64,000 bases of DNA from an uncultured Chitinophagaceae bacterium. Lineage in GTDB: Bacteria; Bacteroidota; Bacteroidia; Chitinophagales; Chitinophagaceae. Below the pieces are notes generated by a model. That model was not told the DNA's origin and made no database searches. It saw only the letters and a list, made by a program, of their open reading frames with translations. The position numbers and the translations under genes were made by a program. This document shows positions 58,162-64,000 of this stretch, one piece after another (position 1 is the first letter of the stretch; each line of letters opens with the position of its first letter). The stretch lies in the NCBI GenBank assembly GCA_963840755.1, contig CAWJAG010000024.1:137249-201248 (forward strand), given 5' to 3'.

Positions 58162-58793
58162 TTATGGAAGTGTAAGATAATGCTGCCCGTCCTCATATTC
58201 TTTTTCCAGTGCATCAAGATAACCTGTATATGTTTTTCATTGCCAAGAAAATCGGCATTGCTGGCATCTACAAACAGTGTTTTGATATTATGCTGTTTAA
58301 TATAGTGCGTATAGGTTTCCTGAATATTGAAAAGATAATCGTCAGGAATATTTTGTTCGTAAGAGCGGTTTCGTTTTTTGATATTGGCCTGCAGCTTACT
58401 ACAGGGGCATGCAGGTATATAAGAATATCAGGTTTTGTCAATTGCTGATTGATGATGTCAAACAGCCGTTGGTACAAGCGGAATTCATCATCTGGCAAGG
58501 TTACTTTGGCAAATAGAAGGCATTTGGTAAACAGATAATCGGCAATAGTCAGGGTTTGAAACATATCTTTTTGCTGCAACAATTCTTTTTGCTGTTTAAA
58601 ACGTTCGGCCATAAAGAACAATTCCAGCGGAAAAGCATACTGTTCCGGGTTTTCATAAAATTTGGGTAGAAAAGGGTTGTCGGCAAATTCTTCCAGTATC
58701 AGCCGGGCATTATAATGTTTTGATAAGCAGATGTGCCAGTGTGGTTTTTCCTGCGCCGATATTGCCTTCTATGGTGATGAAATTATAATTCAT
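58162..58793 (-). CDS. deoxynucleoside kinase (frameshifted)
   Basis: ITIEGNIGAGKT, NPFLPKFY, PDILIYLHA. Confidence 0.9.
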
Positions 58794-58886
58794 TTAGTGA
58801 ATAGTCAATAGTCAATAATCAGATTTTGAGGTTGCAAAATAGGTAAATGGAGGGCTAAAATTATTTATTAAAGATTGTGGAAAAAA

Positions 58887-59365
58887 TCAGGAATACTTTT
58901 TTACATCGAGTATCGGACATTTTCAAGTAATATTGCAATGGTTTTTTTAAGTACAGGGTGAATTATTGCCGGCAGCAATTTCTGCCAATGGCAGTAAGGC
59001 AAAACGGCGGTTCTGCATTTCCGGATGGGGGAGTTTCAAAGAATGGTAGTTGTGTATTTCATCATTAAACAAGTAGGATATCAATATCAATGATCCGGGG
59101 GCCATATTTTTCTTTCTTTCTCGTCCCATTTGTTTTTCTATTTTTAAAAGACGGCGGATCAGTTGCCGGGCATTCCAAAGTTGTTGATTTTCAATGCCTG
59201 GTTTAAAAATGGGGGTTGATCGGTATTGCCCCAGGCAGCTGTTTCGTAAAGAGAAGATGTGCTGATGACGTCGCCGCACTGTTCGTCAATTAATTCTTTG
59301 GCTGTGGCAAGATATTGTTCCCTGTCGCCCATATTGCCACCGTAAGTAAGTAAGCCGTTATTCAT
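58887..59365 (-). CDS. folK: 2-amino-4-hydroxy-6-hydroxymethyldihydropteridine diphosphokinase (frameshifted)
   Basis: GGNMGDR, SSLYETAAWG..DQP.FLNQ, LPHP.MQNRRF.L.PL.EIA. Confidence 0.92.
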
Positions 59366-59434
59366 AATCGCTTCAAATATCTTTATATTATTTTGACTAG
59401 ATAATATAAAATTTAAATACATTTGCCAACTACA

Positions 59435-60553
59435 TAATTCAGGAAAACAACCTACAGTCAGTCCAGGGCATTATGGGCAATAACCAAGGCCAGTTTTAAA
59501 GCCATATTTACAAACCCCAGTGCAATTATTTTCAGTATTCTTTTTCCCATCATATTTGTGTTGATATTTGGCGCTTTTGGAAGTGGTGGTGGAGTAAGTT
59601 ACCGGATTGCCTTACTACCGGTAGCGATACACCGAAGGTTTTTATACGGAATGAATAAAATACCGGGGGTATAGAATTGTAAAATATACGGATACTGTTC
59701 AGCGCAAGAAAGGATCTTTAAAGGAAGGTTAACAGCTATTATTAGATATTCAAAAAATAATTGATCCTGCAGCAAGGCACATTATAAAATCGGTATAAAA
59801 TCTACAACTGCAAGTGCAAATACCATTTATTCATTTATCCCGACGCATTGGAATTAGTGAAACTGCAAGTTGGAAAAAGCTATGAATACTGAATACGGAA
59901 CAACTTGTACAAATCGAACAGCCCCGTAATAGAAAAAGTAAGAAAATACCGGCCAGATAGATTTTATCCTGCCGGGTCAGTTGGGTTTTTCTATTTTATT
60001 TTCCACCTTATTTGGTGTGGCTTTTACTTTTTTTGGATTAAGGGAGCAACTGGTGCTGAAAAGATTTTATGCATCACCGGTAAAACGAATTAATATCCTG
60101 CTTGGTATTGGCATGAGCCGTTTGTTTTTTCAATTATTAAGTGTGATTGTATTGATTGCTGTTCGGGCATTTTGCACTGAACTTCACACTGCAGCATGGT
60201 ATCATTACTTTTATCGAAATAATAGTGATGACAGTCATTATGCTTTTCCTGCTGATGGGGGTAGGGCTTATCTTCAGCAGCATTGCAAAAACAGATACTT
60301 CCATTCCACTATTGATAAACCTATTTGGTTTTCCGCAGATGATGCTGTCAGGCACATTTTTCCCAATCGAGGTTTTCCCAAATGGCTGCAAAGTGTTTGC
60401 CGGGTATTACCGCTTACACAGTATAATGATGCGATCCGGAAAATTTCTTTTGAAGGCTTGCATATTTATGACTGCTGGAAAGAGATTGGGATACTGGCAA
60501 TCTGGATGGTCATTATTTATGCAGTTGCAGTGAAAGTGTTGAAATGGGAATAA
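59435..60553 (+). CDS. ABC-2 type transporter permease (frameshifted; start uncertain)
   Basis: YSQSRALWAI.KAS, IDFILPGQLGFS, LREQLVLKRFYASP, LSGTFFPI, LPLT. Confidence 0.8.
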
Positions 60554-60617
60554 TAGAGTTGTCAAAAATGTCAAATTGGTCATATAGGCTCACTAAAGAA
60601 CTGATTTAATAACTGCC

Positions 60618-61070
60618 ATGAAACTTGTAAAACTTGCCATAATAAGCTTCGTTGTTTTTTTTCTGCTATTCACGGCAATCTCACTTTTCTTCCCATCACA
60701 TATCCGTATTTCAAAAGCAGTAGATATTAATACAAGCAAGGAAAATGTAATGTTGCTTCTAAAAGATACTTCGGGTTGGAAGAAATGGTACCCCGGTGCA
60801 GACTCTGTCAAACTAGATGTAATTATTGTTTCAGCTACTGACAGTAGTGTCACGGCAGAAAATAGATCCGGCAGCAAACTAAAAGCAAAATCTGTTTGGA
60901 ATGTTTTTGCAACAGGTGTGCCAAACACCGTCACCGTACAATGGTATATGGATTTCTATACCGGCTGGCTGCCCTGGCAAAAATTTTCTGGTTTGTTGCT
61001 GGAGGGCAGGTACGGGCCGGTACTTGAAAAAGGCTTAGAGAATTTGAAAAATGTAGTTATGCTGAAGTAG
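60618..61070 (+). CDS. SRPBCC-like protein with N-terminal membrane anchor
   Basis: N-terminal TM; W.KW.P; TVTVQW; LEKGLENLK. Confidence 0.65.
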   Translation: MKLVKLAIISFVVFFLLFTAISLFFPSHIRISKAVDINTSKENVMLLLKDTSGWKKWYPGADSVKLDVIIVSATDSSVTAENRSGSKLKAKSVWNVFATGVPNTVTVQWYMDFYTGWLPWQKFSGLLLEGRYGPVLEKGLENLKNVVMLK

Positions 61071-61115
61071 CTTGCATCTTTCGACGTTTTATCTGCATCA
61101 TTCAAATAAATCAGT

Positions 61116-61970
61116 ATGTATTTCTATCGTTTATCTCTGTCATTAGTCATACCTGTATTTCTTTTTTCTGAAATTAAAGGTCAGATTATTGAAGATACTG
61201 TAATGTATGCCAAAGACAGTGCTGTAGAATTAGCAACTAATCAAACAACACTATTTTTTCAGGAGGCCGAAAAAACGAAAACACCTGATAAAACTGTCCT
61301 TATTACAAAGGCAAAGAAAACCTTGTCACTTAAGAAATTTCTTAATACTTTAAATGGGGGCATTATAGATGCGCCTTTATATGCCGATCATGGCTTTACT
61401 GATTTAGATGGGGATGGGAAAAAAGAGCTGCTTATCTGGAACTTTACAGGTGGTGCCCATTGCTGTGATGAAATCTATATTTTCAAAAAGATAGCTGCTG
61501 ATAAATACCAGCATGTTGCTAAAATGTTTGCAGGGCATACCGTCATCAATGATAAAAAGGAATTTGAATATGGATTAAATGAAAACCTCGGCTATTTTTT
61601 TACCTGCTATGCCTGCGGCTATGCAGATACAAGTGATGTCGCTCCAATAAATGTTTCATCAATTCCGCTACGGTATAAAACAGGAAAGCTGGTTGCCATT
61701 CCGGGTGATGCAGAAATAAAAAGTATTATTAATGATAACCTGGCTAAACTGGGAGAGCAGCCCTATGTTAAAGTTGATGATGCTGATTTTGATGATGGGC
61801 TGAGAAAGGAATTTGCATTCAATCTTGCCCGTTATTATTATTCATTCGGTAAAAGTATGGCTATCACTCAGCAGCTTTTTAATAAGTACTATAAATATCC
61901 CGATGCCAAAAAAGTGTGGGCTGCATTTGCAAAGCAGCTTGTTTGGATGAAGTCGAAAAACGATTTTTAA
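61116..61970 (+). CDS. hypothetical exported protein
   Basis: intact 284-aa ORF with signal peptide, DLDGDGKKE and TGGAHCC. Confidence 0.75.
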   Translation: MYFYRLSLSLVIPVFLFSEIKGQIIEDTVMYAKDSAVELATNQTTLFFQEAEKTKTPDKTVLITKAKKTLSLKKFLNTLNGGIIDAPLYADHGFTDLDGDGKKELLIWNFTGGAHCCDEIYIFKKIAADKYQHVAKMFAGHTVINDKKEFEYGLNENLGYFFTCYACGYADTSDVAPINVSSIPLRYKTGKLVAIPGDAEIKSIINDNLAKLGEQPYVKVDDADFDDGLRKEFAFNLARYYYSFGKSMAITQQLFNKYYKYPDAKKVWAAFAKQLVWMKSKNDF

Positions 61971-62044
61971 CTTTCTCTGATTTATCCGAAATTCCATGCA
62001 ACGAACCGTTATTACTGGTTGTCAGTTCACCTGTACAGCACTGT

Positions 62045-62614
62045 ATGGATGACCGACAAATAGTAAAAGAATGCCTGAAAAACAACCCTGCAGCACAGCG
62101 GGGGTTGTATGAGCAGTTTGCCAAAACCATGCTTGGGCTTTGCTATCGCTATACCAAATCAATAAAAGATGCAGAAGATGTATTGCAGGATGGTTTTGTA
62201 AAAGTGTTTACCTCTTTACATCAATATAAATTTGAAGGGGAACTGGGTGCATGGATAAGAAGGATAATGGTGAATACTGCCCTTAATTTTTTAAAGAAGA
62301 ACAGCCGCTACCGCAGCGAAATGGTTTTTCCCGAACAACCACCATTGCACCCCGTAGCAGATGAAGACCCGGTGGTTAATTTAGAAACAAAAGAACTGGC
62401 TGATTTAATCAGGCAACTGCCGCATGGCTATCAAACTATGTTCAATCTTCATGCAGTGGAAGGTTATTCCCATGTGGAAATAGGGGAGATGCTCGGTATA
62501 TCTGATGGCACTTCCCGTTCGCAGTATGCAAGGGCAAGGGCATTGCTGATAAGCTGGCTTGAAAAAAAAACGAATGAAAACTTAAATAATAGCTATGAAG
62601 CAAAAAGAATTTGA
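62045..62614 (+). CDS. ECF RNA polymerase sigma factor
   Basis: DAEDVLQDGF, WIRRIMVN, EGYSH.EI...LGIS.GTSRSQ..RAR. Confidence 0.93.
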   Translation: MDDRQIVKECLKNNPAAQRGLYEQFAKTMLGLCYRYTKSIKDAEDVLQDGFVKVFTSLHQYKFEGELGAWIRRIMVNTALNFLKKNSRYRSEMVFPEQPPLHPVADEDPVVNLETKELADLIRQLPHGYQTMFNLHAVEGYSHVEIGEMLGISDGTSRSQYARARALLISWLEKKTNENLNNSYEAKRI

Positions 62615-64000
62615 GAAGGAGGTAATGGAAAAGATGGACGCATTTAATATGCAGCCTTCAGACGAAGTTTGGGTGGAAGTGGAACGCCGCATCCGCAAAG
62701 AAAAGAAACGCCGCTTTATTTTCTGGTGGCCTGTGTGTGCATTGCTGCTTGCAGGTGGTGCAGGTATTCATTTTCTTTCACAAAAAAATAGAAAAGACGA
62801 TAACAAAAAAGAGGTTGTAAATGGTAAAAATAGAAATAATCAGTACAATAAAGAAAAAAATAGCCTGAGCAATGAGGTTGACAAGGCTGAACATAAAAAA
62901 GAAGAAAAAAGCAGCGTAGCAATGGATGAAATTCAAGCTGAAACTAATGTTAAAAAGGAGAGCAATAATATAATAAGTATAAAATCCCTTGCTGACAAAA
63001 AAGTAAGATCTGTAGTTATAATGGAGCAAAAAATACATCATCAGCCGGCTATGGCAAGCATAAAAGAATCAAAAAAAGATTGGGACCCATTGCCAGAAAC
63101 CAGGGTGGTTAATGCCGGTAAGGATTTACCCATAACCGATATGCCGGAGAAAAGAAACCAGGCGGTAGAAAATAACCCTATTGCTACCATAAGCACAAAC
63201 ATCCCGAAATTAGTAAAGACCGATACGGTTGCGACTTTCAATAATGATACTGTGGTTGCTGCCGCTATAGTAAGTGCTACAAAAAAAGATACTGTACCTG
63301 TAATTGATACCGTGGTGACAATAAAACAAAATAAAAAGGAAAACCCTTGGCAATGGGGTGCAGCTTTATTTACAGGCAGCTCATCATTGGCAGATGGGTT
63401 TACTGTTTTAAATAAATCTTTTTCTTTTGATGCATTAGCGAATAACACACCTCCAACAGCCAGCCTTAGTTCAAGAAATAGTTCTTCTGTTAGAAAAGGG
63501 GCATCTTTTAAAGCCGAAGTATTTGTGCAAAGACCAGTTGCTAAAAGATTAAACTTAAAAATTGGTACAGGTTATACATATCTATCATGGAGTTTAAAGG
63601 TTGGTATAAGAGTAGATAGTTTAATAAACCCCGGGGCAATAAGTGGGGGTTCCGGGCCAATTAATACTCTGCCAGTCAATTTTGTTAGTGGTTTTTACAG
63701 AACAGGGAGTTCATCAATAGCTAAAAGATATACAAATAATTATCACCAGCTCGGTTTATCTGCAGAACTTTCATGGAAAATTATACAGGGGAAAAAGATA
63801 AATATAAGTTGGGATAATGGCTTTACGTATAGCAAGCTTTTAGGTTCAAGTATGCTGCATTACAGTAACGTTATTTCAGGATATTATAAAGACAACAGTT
63901 TACTCACCAAAAATCATTTTCTGTATTCAACAGGGCTATCGCTTAATTGGGGTGGCAGGTTTTATATCGGCCCGGCAATTAATTACAGCCTTACCCCGGT
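62595..64000 (+). CDS. anti-sigma-like N-terminus, TM helix, long linker and C-terminal beta-barrel-like region (runs off window; probable frameshifts)
   Basis: MKQKEFEKEV...PSDEVW.EVERRI.KEKKRRFIFWW overlaps the sigma stop; Lys/Glu- then Thr/Val-rich linker; beta-strand-like 3' part. Confidence 0.65.
   Translation, partial: MKQKEFEKEVMEKMDAFNMQPSDEVWVEVERRIRKEKKRRFIFWWPVCALLLAGGAGIHFLSQKNRKDDNKKEVVNGKNRNNQYNKEKNSLSNEVDKAEHKKEEKSSVAMDEIQAETNVKKESNNIISIKSLADKKVRSVVIMEQKIHHQPAMASIKESKKDWDPLPETRVVNAGKDLPITDMPEKRNQAVENNPIATISTNIPKLVKTDTVATFNNDTVVAAAIVSATKKDTVPVIDTVVTIKQNKKENPWQWGAALFTGSSSLADGFTVLNKSFSFDALANNTPPTASLSSRNSSSVRKGASFKAEVFVQRPVAKRLNLKIGTGYTYLSWSLKVGIRVDSLINPGAISGGSGPINTLPVNFVSGFYRTGSSSIAKRYTNNYHQLGLSAELSWKIIQGKKINISWDNGFTYSKLLGSSMLHYSNVISGYYKDNSLLTKNHFLYSTGLSLNWGGRFYIGPAINYSLTP

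Overview
64 kb of a Bacteroidota chromosome, probably Chitinophagaceae-like. The lineage is inferred from T9SS cargo genes, TTTG-N21-TAnnTTTG promoters and gene order. Most of the window is housekeeping: carA, aroQ, miaA, CCA enzyme, dapD, rnz, clpC, cmk, pgi, ltaE, yajQ, type-B L31, mdh, efp-accB-accC, proS, truB, hbd, folK, plus a MoxR cluster. Many essential genes are split by single-base indels, densest at about 19-25 kb and 39-60 kb. This points to long-read consensus errors rather than real pseudogenes, so coordinates of split genes are approximate. The most unusual elements are non-coding. (1) A ~215-nt stand-alone RNA candidate at 26.2-26.45 kb has its own consensus promoter and five copies of one GAA/GAAA internal-loop module, three of them in a 39-nt tandem repeat. 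(2) A ~110-nt structured leader with a Ser-rich 8-codon uORF is duplicated in front of two T9SS cargo genes that share their C-terminus and terminator but differ in the N-terminal domain. (3) A ~120-nt rod-like hairpin precedes a putative lipoprotein JAB-domain toxin/immunity pair. Also present: a REP-flanked HUH transposase, a four-helix-bundle gene flanked by inverted octamer arrays, several dispersed repeat families, and an EF-P with an EfpL-like TARA loop. No database searches were run.
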